Shown here in pieces: positions 29,940 to 44,505 of a DNA stretch of 64,000 nucleotides. Position 1 is the stretch's first letter. Every line of letters begins with the position of its first letter. The notes under the pieces are model-generated. The model was not told where the DNA came from. It searched no databases and saw only the letters and a program-made list of their open reading frames with translations. Source of the stretch: the human T2T-CHM13v2.0 reference genome, Homo sapiens. The stretch lies in NCBI RefSeq assembly GCF_009914755.1, contig NC_060935.1; one strand, 5' to 3'. The position numbers and the translations under genes are program-made.

Positions 29940-31620
29940 TGATTTTGTCTACTATACTTCATATAAGTGAAATCATATAGTGTTTGTTATTTTGTGACTG
30001 GCTTCTTTCTCCTAGCATGCCCTAGATATTCACTCATGTTGTAGTATGTGATAGAATTTCCTTCATTTTTTAGGCTGGATAATATTCCATTGTATATATA
30101 TACCACATTTTCTTCATCTATGCATTCAGTAGTGGACATTTGGGTTCCTTGCACCTCTTGGCTATTGCAAATAATGCTACAATGAACATGGGTGTGCAAG
30201 TATCTCTTTGAGATCCTGCTTTGAATTATTATGGATATATACTAAAAAAATGGGATTGCTGGATCATGTGATAATTCTATTTTCAATTTTTAAGGAACCC
30301 CCTTCCTGTTTTTCATAATAGCTGCACCATTTTGCATTCCCATCAACAGTTCACATGGGTTCCAATCTCTCCACGTCTTCACCAAAAGTTGTTATTTTCC
30401 GTTCTTTTGATAGCAGCCATCTTGATGGGTTTGAAGTGATATCTCACTGTGTCTTTTATTTGCATTTTCCTAATTATTAGTGATACTGAGCATTTTTTAT
30501 GTGCTTATTGGTCATTTGTATATCTTCTTTAGAGAAATGTCTATCCAAGTCCTTTGCCATATTTTAATTGGGTTATTTGGCATTTTGTTATCATTATTAA
30601 GTTGTAGATGTTCCTTAAATATTTTGAATATTAACAACTTGTCAGCTATGTGATTTGCAATTATTTTCTTCCATTCTCTCCTTTTCCCACTGGCATTTCA
30701 CTCTGCTGATTGTTTCCTTTCCCACTGAGAAGTTTAAAGTTTTGCATAATCTCTTTTTAAAAATTTGTTGTCTATGTATGCTTTTGATGTTACATCCAAT
30801 AAATTATTGCCATATCCAACATCCTGAAAGTTTTTACCTTTTTTCTCCTAGGAGTTTAATAATTTTAAGTATTAAATTTAAATACTTAATCCATTCTTAG
30901 TTACATTTTGTATATGATGTAAGGTAAGGATTTGACTTCATTCTTTTGCTTGTGAATATTCAGTTTTTACAACAATATTTGTTGAAGAGACTGTTATTTA
31001 TCTATTATGTAGTCTTGGCACACTGGTCAAAAATCATTTCGTCATATAGCAGTGGTTTATTTATGAGCTACCTATTCTGCTCCATTTATTTATATATCTA
31101 TCTTTATCCCAATACCACATTGTCTTAATTACTATTGGCTTTGAGATATGTTTTGAAATAAGGAAGTTTGAAATTTTCAACTTTGTCCTACTTTTTTCAA
31201 GTTTGTTTTAGCTATTCAGTATTCCTTGAAATTATGTATGAACAGTAGGATTTTTTTTCTATTTCTGAAAATGCCACTGGGATTTTGAAAGGGATTGCAT
31301 TGACTCTGTAGATTGTTTTGGGTGGTATGGCTATTTTAACAATATTAAGTCTTCCAGTTCATGAACATAGGATGCTTTCCCATTTACTTATGTCTTCTTT
31401 AATTTCCTTCAGCAGCATTTTATAGTTTTCAGTGAACAAGTCTTTCTCCATCCCCTCAGTTAAGTTTATTCCTAAGTATTTCTTTATTTTTGATTTATAG
31501 TAAATAGGATTGTTTTCTTGATTTCCTTTTCAGATTGATCATTATTTGTGCATAAAAATGCAACTAATTTTTGAGTGCTGATTTTGTATTCTGCAACTTT
31601 ACTAAATTTATTAGTTCTAC

Positions 31621-31645
31621 TGTGTGTGTGTGTGTGTGTGTGTGT
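31621..31645. repeat. (TG)n microsatellite
   Basis: About 12 TG units. Confidence 0.95.
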
Positions 31646-31882
31646 ACTCTTTAGGGTTTTTTATATATAAGATTATGTCTTCTTTTACAATTTGTATTCC
31701 TTTTTTTTTTCTTGTTGAGTTGCTCTACCAGAACATCCAGTACCATGTTGAATAGTAGTGGCAAGAGTGGACTTATTTGTCTTGTTCCTTAACTAGGAGG
31801 AAAGCTTTCTCTGTTGAGTATCATGTTTGCTGTGGAATTTTTATATATGACTTTTATTATGTTAAGGTCTTCTTCTTTCCTA

Positions 31883-32168
31883 AAGAGATAGGGTCCCACT
31901 TTGTCATCCAGGCTGGAGTGCAGTGCCATAATAATAGCTCACTGCAGCCTTGAACTCCTGGGCTCAAGTTGTCCTCTTGCCTTAGCCTCCTTAGTAGCTG
32001 GGACTACAGGCATGCACCCTGTTGTCTGGCTACTTAAAAATTTTTTTTGGAGAGACAGTATCTCACTGTCTTGCTTAGAATGGTCTTGAACTCCTGGCCT
32101 CAAGTGTTCCCCCCACCTTAGCCTCCCAAAGTGCTAGAATTACATGCATGAGACTCCATGACTGGTCC
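31883..32168 (-). mobile_element. AluJ
   Basis: GCTCACTGCAGCCTTGAACTCCTGGGCTCAAG, diverged dimer. Confidence 0.85.
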
Positions 32169-32654
32169 AGAGGTAGATTTTTTTCTATTCCTTGTTGGTT
32201 GAGTGTTGTTGTTGTTGTTTTTTTATCATGAAAGGGGTTTGAGTTTTGTTAAATGCTTTCTCTGTATTGATTGAGATGACCATGTAGTTTTTGTCTCTTA
32301 TTTTGTTAATGAGGTATAGTACATGTATTGATTTTTGTATACTAAACAGTCCTTGCATTCCAGGTATAAATCCACTTCGTCATGGTGTATGATCCTTTCA
32401 ATGAGCTGTTGAATTCAGTTTGCTAATGTTAGGTTTAGTATTATTGCTTTAATATTCATCAGGAATGCTGGCCTGTAGGGTTTTTCTTTTTTCTTGCTGT
32501 GTCTTTGTCTGGTTTTGGCTACTATGTGCTCTTTTAAAATCTTTAAAGTTTTGATTTTCATATTTAGGTTTTTTTGTCTATCTAGTGTTTATTTTGTGGG
32601 TATGAGATAGAGATTGATATTATCTTTAGCTAAATGGTGTTACTTATTAAATAA

Positions 32655-34829
32655 TCAAGAAACTCACCTAACACATAAGAACTCAAGTAAACTTAAGGTG
32701 AATGGATGAGAAAAGATATTTCATGCAAATGGAAACCAAAAGTGAGCAGGAGTAGCTATTCTTATATCAGACAAAACAGACTTTAAAGCAACAACAATTT
32801 TAAAAGACAAAGAGGGACATTATATAATGATGAAAAAATCAGTCCAACAGGAAAATATCATAATTCTAAATATATATGCACCTAACACTGGAGGTCCCAA
32901 ATTTATAAAACAATTACTGCTAGACCAAAGAGATGAGATAGACAGCAACATAATAATAGTGGGGACTTCAATACTCCACTGACAGCACTAGCTAGGTCAT
33001 CAAGACAGAAAGTAAACAAGGAAACCATGGACTTAAATCATACCCTAGAACAAACGGTCCTAACAGATATTTACAGTGCATTCTACCCAATAACTGCAGA
33101 ATATACGTTCTTTTCATCAGCACATGGAACATTCTCCAAGATAAACCATATGATAGGCCACAAAACAAGTCTCAATAAATTGAAGAAAATCTAAATTATA
33201 TCAAGTACCCTCTCAGACCACAGTGGAATGAAACTGGAAATTAACTCCAAAAGAAACCCCCCAAACTATACAAATATATGGAAATTAAATAATCTGCTCC
33301 TCAGTAGTCTTTGGGTCAACAATGAAATCAAATGGAAATTTAAAATTTCTTTGAACTAAATGATAATAGTGACACAATCTATCAAAACCTCTGGAATAAA
33401 GCAAAAGCAGTGCTAAGAAGAAAGCTCATAGCGTTCAATGCCTATATCAGAAAGTCTGAAAGAGCACAAATAGACAATCTAATGTCACACATCAAGGAAG
33501 TAGAGAAACAAGAACAAACCAAACTCTAACCCACCAGAAGAAAAGAAATTACAAAGATCAGAACAGAATTATATGAAATTGAAATTTAAAAAAATACAAA
33601 AGACAAATGAAACAAAAAGCTAGTTCTTTGAAAATATAAACAAAATTGATAAACTATTAGTGAGATTAACCAAGAAAAGAAGAGAGAAGAACACCTAAAT
33701 AAGCTCAATTAGAAATGAAATGGGAAATATTACAGCTGATACGTCGGAAATACAAAAGATCATTCAAGGCTACTATGAACACCATTACACACACACAAAC
33801 TAGAAAATCTAGAGGAAATGGATAAATTCCTGGAAATATACAACCCTCCTAGATTAAATCAAGAAGAAATAGAAACTCTGGACAGACCAATAGCAAGTAG
33901 AGATATTGAAACAGTAATAAAATAATTGCCAATAAAAAAAGTCCAGGACCAGATGGATTCATAACTGAATTCTATCAGGCATTGAAAGAAGAACTGGTAC
34001 CAATCTTACTGAAACTATTTCAAAGACAGAAAAAGAGGAAATCCTCCTTAAATCATTCTATGAAGCCAGTATCGTCCTAATTTGAAAACCAGAAAAAGAC
34101 AATAAAAATAGAAAATTACAGACCAATATCAGTGAGGAACACAGATGCTCAATATTTTTTGAGAACAAAATCCTCAACAAAACTCTAGCTAATGAAATCC
34201 AACAGCATATCAAAAAAAGAACACACCATGATCGAGTAATTTCATACCAGGGATGAAGGGATGGTTTAACATACCCAAGTGAATAAATGTGACACAGCAC
34301 GTAAACAGAATTAAAAACAAAAATCATATGATCTCAATAGATGCAGAAAAAGCATTTGACAAAATCCAGCATCCTTTTATGATCAAAACCTGCCGCAAAA
34401 TTGGCATAGAAGGGACATACCTCAAGGTAATAAATCCCATCTATGACAAACCCACAGCCAACATTTCACTGAATGGAAAAAAAGTTGAAAGCATTCCTTC
34501 TGAGAACTGGAACAAGACAAGGATGCCCACTTTCACCACTGCTATTCCACATTATACTGGAAGTCCTAGCCATAACAATGAGACAAGAGAAAGAAATAAA
34601 GCACATCCAGATCAGTAAAGAAGAAGTCAAACTCTCACTGTTTACCAATGACATGATCATATACCTAGAAAACACTAAAGATTCATCCAAAAAGCTCACA
34701 TCTGATAAGTGAATTTTGGTAAAGTTTCAAGATACAAAAGCAACGTACACAAATCAGTAGCAGTGCTATACACCAACAATGACCAAGCTGAGAATCAAAT
34801 CAAAATCTCAACCCATTTTACAACAGCTC

Positions 34830-34860
<31 letters not shown>

Positions 34861-37800
34861 CACTTTAGGAATATACCTAACCAAGGAGGTGAAAGATCTC
34901 TACAAGGAAAACTACTAAACACTGCTTAAAGAAAACATAGATGACACAAACAAATGGAAACACATCCCATGCTGATGGATGGGTACAATCAATATTGTGA
35001 AAATGGGCATACTGCCAAAAGCAATCTACAAATTCAATGCAATTCCCGTCAAAGTACCATCATCATTCTTCACAGAACTAGAAAAAACAATCCTAAAATG
35101 TATATGGAACCAAAAAAGAGCCCACATAACAGAAACAAGACTAAGCAAAAAGAACAAATCTGGAGGCATCACATTACCTGACCTCAAACTATGCCACAAG
35201 GCATGGTAGTGGTATAAAACAGCATGGTACTGGTATAAAAATAGACATGTAGCCCAGTGGAACAGAATAGAGAATCCAAAAATGAAGGCAAATGCTTACA
35301 ACCAATTGATCTTCAACAAAGCAAACAAAAACATCAATTGGGGAAAGAAAACCCTCTTCAACAAATGGTGCTGGGATAATTGGCAAGCCACATGTTGGAG
35401 AATGAAGCAAGATATTTATCTCTCACCCTATACAAAAATCAACTCAAGATGGATCAAAGACTTAAATCTAAGACCTAAAACCAAAAACATTCTAGAAGAC
35501 AACATTGGAAAAACTCTTCTAGACACTGGCTTAGGCAAAGAATTCCTGACCAAGAACCCAAAAGCAAATGCAAAAAATAATAATAAATAAATAAATAAAT
35601 AGATGGGACCTAATTAAACGAAAAGGATTTTCTGCACAGTAAAGGAAACAATCAGCAGAGTAAACAGACAATCCACAGAGCAGGAGAAAATTTTCACAAA
35701 CTATGCATCCAACAAAGGACTAATACCCAGACTCTACAAAGAACACAAACAAATAAGCAAGAAAAAAACATAAACATAATCCTATCAAAAAATGGGCAAA
35801 AGACGTAAATAGACAGTTCTCAAAAGGAGATATACAAATGGCCAATAAACATATGAAAAAGTGCTCAACATCACTAATTATCAGGCAAATGCAAATCGAA
35901 ACCACAATGAGATACCAACTTACTCCTGCAAGAATGGCCATAATTTAAAAATAAAAAATAAACTCTCAGGATACAAAATCAATGTGCAAAATCACAAGCA
36001 TTCCTATACACCAATAATAGACAAACAGCCAAATCATGAGTGAACTCCTATTCACAATTGCTACAAAAATAATAAAATACCTAGGAATACAACTTACAAG
36101 GGATGTGAAGGACCACTTCAAGAACTACAAACCACTGCTCAAGGAAACAAGAGAGGACACAAACAAATGGAAAAACATTCCATGTTCATGGATAGGAAGA
36201 ATCAATATTGTGAAAATGGCCATACTGCCCAAAGGAATTTATAAATTCAATGCTATCCCTATCAAGCTACCACCGACTTTCTTCACAGAATTAGAAAAAA
36301 CTATTTTAAATTTCATATGGAACCAAAAAACAGCCCACATAGCCAAGACAATCCTAAGCAAAAAGAACAAATAAGAACAAATCTGGAGGCATCACGCTAC
36401 CTGACTTCAAACTATGCTACAAGGCCACAGTAACCAAAACAGCATGGTACTGGTACCAAAACAGATATATAGACCAATGGAACAGAACAGAGCCCTCAGA
36501 AATAATGCCACACATCTACAACCATCTGATCTTTCACAAACCTGACAAAAACAAGCAACAGGGAAAGAATTCCCCATTTAATAAGTGGTGTTGGGAAAAC
36601 TGGCTAGCCATATGCAGAAATCTGAAACTGGACCCCTTCCTTACACTTTATGCAAAAATTAACTCAAGATGGATTAAAGACTTAAACATAAGACTCAAAA
36701 CCATAAAAATCCTAGAAGAAAACCTAGCCAATACCATTCAGGACATAGGCATGGGCAAAGGCTTCATGACTAAAACACCAAAAGCAATGGCAACAAAAGC
36801 CAAAATTGACAAATGAGATCTAATTAAACTAAAGAGCTTCTGCACAGCAAAAGAAACTATTATCAGAGTGAACAGGCAGCCTACAGAATGGGAGAAAATT
36901 TTTGCAATCTATCCATCTTACAAAGGGCTAATATCCAGAATCTACAAGGAAGTTAAACAAATGTACGAGAAAAAAACAACCCCATCAAAAAGTACATGAA
37001 GGATATGAACAGACACATCTCAGAAGAAGACATTTATGCAGCCAGCAAACATATGAAAAAAAGCTCATCATTACTGGTCATTAGAGACATGCAAATCAAA
37101 ACCACAATGAGATACCATCTCACGCCAGTTAGAATGGCGATCACTCAAAAGTCAGGAAACAACAGATGCTGGAGAGGATGTGGAGAAATAGGAATGCTTT
37201 ACACTGTTGGTGGGAGTGTAAATTAGTTCAACCATTGTGGAAGACAGTGTGGCAATTTCTGAAGGATCTAGAACCAGAAATACCATTTGACCCAGCAACC
37301 CCATTCCTGGGTAGATACTCTAAGGATTATAAATCATTCTACTATAAAGACATGCACACATATGTTTATTGCAGTACTATTCACAATAGCAAAGACTTGG
37401 AACCAACCCAAATGCCCATCAATGATAGACTTGATAAAGAAAACGTGGCACATATACACCATAGAATATTATGTAGCCATAAAAAAGGATGAGTTCATGT
37501 CCTTTGCAGGGACATGGAAGAAGCTGGAAACCATCATTCTCAGCAAACTAACACAGGAACAGAAAACCAAACACCACACGTTCTCATTCATAGTAGGAGT
37601 TGAACAATAAGAACACATGGACATGTGTGAGTGGAACATCACACACCATGGTCTGTCAGGGGGTGAGGGGCTGGGGAGGGATAGCATTAGGAGAAATACC
37701 TAATGTAGGTGATGGGTTGATGGGTGCAGCAAACCACCATGGCATGTGTATCACTGTGTAACAAACCTGCACGTTCTGCACATGTATCCCAGAACTTAAA

Positions 37801-38262
37801 GTATAATTAAAAAAACAAAGACAAACAAACAACAACAAAAAAACAGATGTTGGCATGCATGTGGTGAAAAAGGGAACACTTACACTGCTGGTGGGAGTGT
37901 AAACTAGTACAACCACTATGGAAAACAGTATGGAGATTCTTTAAAGGACTAAAAGTAGAACTACAATTTGATCCAGCAATCCCACTACTGGGTATCTACC
38001 CCGAGGAAAAGAAGTCATTATATGAAGAAGACCCTTGCCCATGCATGTTTCACAACTGCAAAATTCATAACTGCAATTCACAACTGCAAAAATATGGAAC
38101 CAACCTAAATGCCAATCAATTAACAAGTGGATAAGGAAAATGTGGTACGTATATACCCATACATACATACCATGGAATACTACTCAGTTGTAAAAAGTAA
38201 TGAAATAATGGAATTCACAGCAACCTGGATGGAGTTGGAGACCATTATTCTAAGTGAAGTCA
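32655..38262 (+). mobile_element. L1PB-type LINE-1, most of ORF2, interrupted by L1PA7; (AC)n at 34833-34860
   Basis: Degenerate ORF2 frames (34289-34618, 34473-34712, 34979-35209, 35282-35590); sequence resumes at about 37845 (AGATGTTGGCATG). Confidence 0.88.
35963..37843 (+). mobile_element. 5'-truncated L1PA7-like element nested in L1PB, same orientation
   Basis: ORF2 restarts at SGYKINVQ; 3'UTR GGAGAAATACCTAATGTAGGTGATGGGTTGATGGG; A-rich tail. Confidence 0.88.
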
Positions 38263-38387
38263 CGAAGATTGTCAGGCCACAATAAGGGGGTCAGTTAATG
38301 TGAAATCTCCTGATATTTTTGTAGTAGTATCAGCCTGAATGTATAATTCTGCATCTCTATTTGTACCTTTAGCCTAGTGCTCTAGAC

Positions 38388-38880
<493 letters not shown>

Positions 38881-39717
38881 TCTCTAGGCAATACTTTCTT
38901 GTTTTTTAAGAAACTGGGTCTTGCTCTGTCATTCAGGCTGAAGTGCAGTAGTGCAATCATAGCTTACAGGCAGGGGCAACCACGTGCAGCCTGACAATAT
39001 TTTTTCCCCCATCTAACAGCAATGCGGTTCAGAGAACATTTTCTTAGTTTCGTGGTAAGGAGATTAGGTCAAACCAGAATTGGAAGTCAGGCTGTATCAT
39101 GTCTGAGGATACTCATTTCACATATCAGTGAAATGAGTATGGCCTCATTTCACTGAGGCCATACTGCTATATAATTAAACATGACTGATACGATGAGACA
39201 TAATAAATATTTCAGGTTGCCAGGTGAACTGAAAGAATTATAGGAACTGAAAGATAGAATGTTAGTCAAATACAACAAAATGTGAGTCACACACATAGAA
39301 GTTCAGTGAAAGATCTTGTAAATGGAGGCAGGTTAAGCCCCTTGCTCCTTTGAAAGTCTTGTTTTGATTTCTTTGCTTCTTTTAAAAATTCTTCATAATT
39401 CCCCTGGAAACTAAAGGATGTGAACATTAATGAAACTGATACATATAATTTCATTTCCTACAAAATACATATTTTTAGATGTTAGCACTTTGAAAGGGAA
39501 CATCAGGATGCTAAACCATGACCTATAAATAACAGGCTATATTTTAAAATATAAAACAAACTGATCACAGCTTTTGAGAGGTTTCATCTTCCTGAATCTC
39601 CAATTATCTTCTGGTTCTGTTTCTAAGAGAGTCTTCAAAAGGAAAAAATAATAGCCTCAGGCAAGCATGTATCTATGGAGATAAACAGGCTCATATACAT
39701 ATCAGTCAAGGTACATA

Positions 39718-40312
39718 CTTGTTTTGGGTATTTATTCCTGTATGTTGAACTCTGAAACTTAATGGCTTAAAAAATACCACCATTCTAGTTATCTGCTCGT
39801 GATTCTGAAATTTGAGCAGAGCTTAGTGGAGTGAACTCATCTCTGCCCTACATCGATTGCATCGACTGGCATGGCTCAATGGGGGCTGGAAGATCAAATC
39901 CCAAGAAGTTCTCACTCACATGGCAGGCAGTTGTTGCTGTTTGTTGACGAGGAACACAGCTGTGTCTGTTGACCAGCAGAGCTAAGAATGATAGGAACTG
40001 AAAGATAGAATGTTAGTCTATCTTAATGTTAGGCTCTCTAAGGACAGCCTTAGTTGTCTGTATGGCCTTTTCACATGACTGGGTTGGACTTTTCACAGGA
40101 TGTTCAGATTTCTTGAATAACAGCTGGCTTCCCTCAGAGCCTGAGCACCGAAGTAGAGCTGCTGGCCTTTGTTAAGGGTTAGTCCTAGACTTTCAGAGTA
40201 TCACAGTCTCAGCATTTTATTGCTTAAAGCAGGTCACAGGGCCAGGCCACGTGCAAAGGGAAAAACTTCACAAGAGCATGAATACTGGGAAGTGTGGTTC
40301 ACTGAGATATAA
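39718..40312 (-). mobile_element. MaLR LTR (MLT1G/H-like)
   Basis: AAACTTAATGGCTTAAAA...AGCAGGTCACAGGGCCAG...GCATGAATACTGGGAAGTGTGGTTCACT. Confidence 0.65.
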
Positions 40313-40557
40313 TAGCATCCACATTAGTAAACTCATTAATACAGCCCACTTCTCCTCTCAATAGATATTCTCACCTTTAAACCTCTGTTACCCTATTAGA
40401 ATCAATAATTCTCTATACTGATGACAACCATGTTAGTATTTCAGCCTGTGGTTCCTGGCCAATACCCAAATTCTTATAAAAAGAGTTTCTTGGATACCTT
40501 TGTCTGAATATCTTGCTGATACCACTCACTCAACATTTGCAAACTGAGCTCCTGAAT

Positions 40558-40834
<277 letters not shown>

Positions 40835-40904
40835 ATTAATTGCCTTCTCTCTGTAGTATAGAAGAAACATACGTCATCTGTTTCCTTCTACTCTGAGCTT
40901 CCTT

Positions 40905-41130
40905 GGAGTTGGTGTGGTGCAGCCTGGGCTTTCAAAACAGACTTAGGCTGGAATTCCAACCGCGTCATTTTCTAGCTGTGCATCCTGGAAAAGTTACTTA
41001 ATGTCCCTGTGGTTCAATTTTTTAAAAATTGACAACTTAAGAATATTAACACAATTACCTTCCTGGGTTGTAGTAAAAATTAAATAAGATACATAAAGTG
41101 TCCAATTCAACATTTGGCACATTGTACAGA
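40905..41130 (+). mobile_element. MIR SINE
   Basis: TAGCTGTGCATCCTGGAAAAGTTACTTAA...TACCTTCCTGGGTTGTAGTAAAAATTAAAT. Confidence 0.6.
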
Positions 41131-41571
41131 AACCTATTCATTTTTGTTTTCCAGTGCAGTAGACTTAGGGTTGAGTGAATGTATCATTACCCTTCTTTGG
41201 AAAATCCTGGGAGTGCAAGATTCAGTTGTTTTCCATAACCGTTAGGCAGACCCAAAGTGTCTTGCCCCTAGATATGCATCTTTGAGTATGTTTTTCAGGC
41301 AGATCCTCCCTTCTTTCTGCTTACGTGATAAGCATGCTACAAGCGACTGGCATTCCCTGGCTCCCTGCTGCATCTTTTCTGAGTTGCCATGCTTCCTAAC
41401 TATGTGCAGGAGACACAGGCACACGGCCAATGCCCATTAAGTCATTATTAAGGCTGAGTCTCTATCTAGCTCCGTGGCTAGCTCTCCAGCATTGCTTCAT
41501 ATTTCCTCACCAAGCCAGCAAAGCCTGCACCCCAAAACCTCAATCCTAGTTGCTGACTCTCTGACCTCACC

Positions 41572-41684
41572 CCATGTGGGCACCCCCTCTCTCCTTCTGC
41601 TGCTGGAGGAACTTCCAAATATGATACCATGTGGGCACCCCCTGTTTCCTTCTGCTGCTGGAGAAACTTCCAAATGTGATACCA
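41572..41684. repeat. Tandem duplication, 2 x 55 bp
   Basis: CCATGTGGGCACCCCCT...TTCCAAATRTGATA repeated with 4 mismatches. Confidence 0.95.
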
Positions 41685-41874
41685 ACCAAGTCTGCAGGAC
41701 CATTCCAGCCTCTTCCTGGAGATCAGCATTCCAGATTCGAAAAGGCCCAAACTCCACAGCAAAGTCTGTGGGAACTTGCTTTTTCCTCTTTTTCTGCTGC
41801 CCTACATTTTTCTATCTTTTAGAATTCACAGGGGTTCAAAAACATACATTAGATTAACAATACTGATAGTTTAA

Positions 41875-42612
41875 ACACAGCATAGTGGTTGAGAAGATAG
41901 GCTTTAAATTTGGATAAAGCTAGACTTGAATTTAATACCACAATTTACCACTTGTGTAATGTTGGCTACTTACTTAAATCTATTTTTCTATCTAAAGATG
42001 AGAATGATAGTATTCTATAACACAGAGTTTGCATCATTTGGTTCCAAGTAAAGCAATATGACTTCAGTGGCTTAAACAGAAAGAAGTATAGTTTCTCTCA
42101 CTTAACGAGAGCTCTGCAAATGGTGGCTAACTGTGTTGAATTAGTACCTCAATGCTATCTCCCAGTTCTTTTGACCTTTGCCTCATTCTTGTTGCCTCAT
42201 GTTTGCAGAATGGCTGATGTAGCTCCAGATATCACATTTATATTCAAAGAAACCATATCTTTCCTTTTATCAAGAAGATAGAAGGATTCTCTGTGGTCTC
42301 TGTACTAGACTTCCTGTTAGCCAGAAACAGGGCATATGACAATTCTTTAGAAAAGAGCTGGGAGATTGGGAAATTGTTATCATTATTGGTTTAGACCAAC
42401 CAGAATTCATATCCTGGGTTGGGAACATTGCAGCTCAGAAAAAAAAAATCAGGCTTTTGTTACCAAGTAAGAGGTAGGTTATGGCTAAATTGTGGGTAAC
42501 CAATAGGGGTTTGGTTTGACACAGGGTTGTAGTATTAAATTTAATAATATTTGTAAAGTTCTTAGTATAGTGCTGGACTTTTACATAGTGTTTAATAAAC
42601 TGTGGCCATTAT
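41875..42612. mobile_element. MIR interrupted by an old MaLR LTR (MLT1J/K-like, ~42030-42515)
   Basis: MIR head at 41878 and tail at 42520-42610; CAGTGGCTTAAACAGAAAG and AATGGCTGATGTAGCTCCAG inside. Confidence 0.55.
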
Positions 42613-43374
42613 TATAAATAAAATTGCCAAATTGGTTGGCCATGCTCTAGATCTAGTTATTTTTAAATACAGTATTTATAAAATTATAAAATTCATGAAA
42701 CTCAGCTCTACTGATTTCTTGGAGAGTGCACTGCATCCTCGTTAGCTCAGATTTTGCTTTCTTTTTTTCTTTCGTGGCACAAATATTCATTCAGTACCAA
42801 CTTTGTGCCAGGTGTAAGCACAGGTACAAGTCTAGCCTTCTCCCTGACACTATGGGATCCCCAGGCCTCAAAATTTAATTTCTATGCCATTTATGCCCAT
42901 GTTTCTCATGCTGGAGCCTCAGGCCCAAGCCTCTGCAGATCCATGGTGCTTCCTCTTTTTCCACAAAATCAGAAACCAAAAGGATGGTTCTTAACTTGGT
43001 TAAGCATAGCACGATAAACTATTGTCAAGCTCACAACTTCACTTTGAGGTTTTGCGATCACCTAAATGTAAATTCAAATGAAGCAGACATCAGCAAAGGT
43101 ACTAGGGAACTCTTTACAAAGCTCACACTTCTCAGGGATACCAATTCAAAAGCTCTCCAGATTCTGCCATCTCATCATTACTCTCATTAGACATTTGCTG
43201 ATTACGGGCTATGAGTCAGCTGACCTTCCTGTGTTGAACCCAAGAACACTTTACATTTGTAGGGCTATTTCAAAGCCAGTCCTCATTTTTAGAAGCACTG
43301 AGGTCCTCAAGGCAGGTTGCATTATCCTGAATTTATTAATAAAGGTACTAGGACCCATAAAGGGGTCTGTTCAC

Positions 43375-43580
43375 AGTGCCAGGAAATTTGTACACATTCT
43401 CTCATTTAATCCTCACACACTGACAGTTAGGTAATACTATTGCTAATTTACAGATGAGAAGTCTGAGGCCCAGAGAGAGTAAATTACCTGAGGTCACACA
43501 GATAGTCAATGGCAAAGCCACAGCTGGAACTAAAGCCTTCAATTTTCAATCCCCCATACTTCCCCCTGTGCCATACAGTG
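43375..43580 (-). mobile_element. MIR SINE
   Basis: CTCATTTAATCCTCAC...TTACAGATGAGAAGTCTGAGGCCCAGAGAG. Confidence 0.8.
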
Positions 43581-44314
43581 CCTCACTACATGCATTCTTT
43601 GGAATACATATCTATGATGAACCCTTTTATGTGGTCTGAGTAAAAGTTTTATAGAGAAAAATGTAATTCAAGCTATAGTTGTTTGTGGATTTAAATTGCC
43701 TATATTTTCTATCATTGCACTTATAGAAATTACAGAATTCCATATCTACTATACCTATGCTACAATTCTATTTTCTTTTTTTTCTTTCTTCCTGACAACT
43801 CACACCCTCTCCACTGCCACCAGCATCATTTTTTGCTTCTTTTTGCTACAGGAGAGGAAGTTATTAAAGGGTAACATTAAAACAAGCTTAACAACCTTAT
43901 TGCAAGGAATCACTAAAGCAATATTAGCGTTAGTCCTAAGGGCTGATTACCTTATCTCAACTTTCTCCCCAAGGAGAGACAAATACCAAGGAGATATCAG
44001 GAAGAATATTGTCCCCAGTAAATACCAAGTCACATCAGGAAGAATATTGTGGAGAGAGAGGTAAAGAATCAGGATGGAAACAGAAAATAGGCCGAACAAT
44101 GGCCAAGCGTCAAAATCCTACGTCAGGTAATTATTAGGGGGAAGTGAAACAAAACACATCCTGAAATGGAGATGAGACAGGCTCCTGCTTCCCTTCACCT
44201 TGTCTTTGATATAGAGATTGAAAAACAAGAGTGTGACCTCTCTCGGAGCTCCGGAGGCCCTCTGCTTGGGATGTCCTAGAGGATCCTCTGCCCAGTGTAG
44301 GGTAGAGGGAGGGA

Positions 44315-44505
44315 TGATAAATAATTGACCATTTACTAAAGTTCCAGGCACTTAATAAGAGTTAATTTACAGAATCCTTAAATAATTCTTCAAGGCTAGT
44401 ATAATTGACCAAATATTACAGATGAAGAAACTGAGGCTCATAGAGGTCTAATAGTTTGCTCAATACTATAAGTGGTGGAAGTGATATTCAAACCCAGATT
44501 CAGCC
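44315..44505 (-). mobile_element. MIR SINE
   Basis: TTACAGATGAAGAAACTGAGGCTCA...ATTCAAACCCAG. Confidence 0.75.

Noticed and set aside
36351-36382. AAGAACAAAT duplicated in L1PA7; also the 24-bp in-frame deletion near 19515 in element C
   Set aside because: Ordinary slippage or microhomology indels in dead elements
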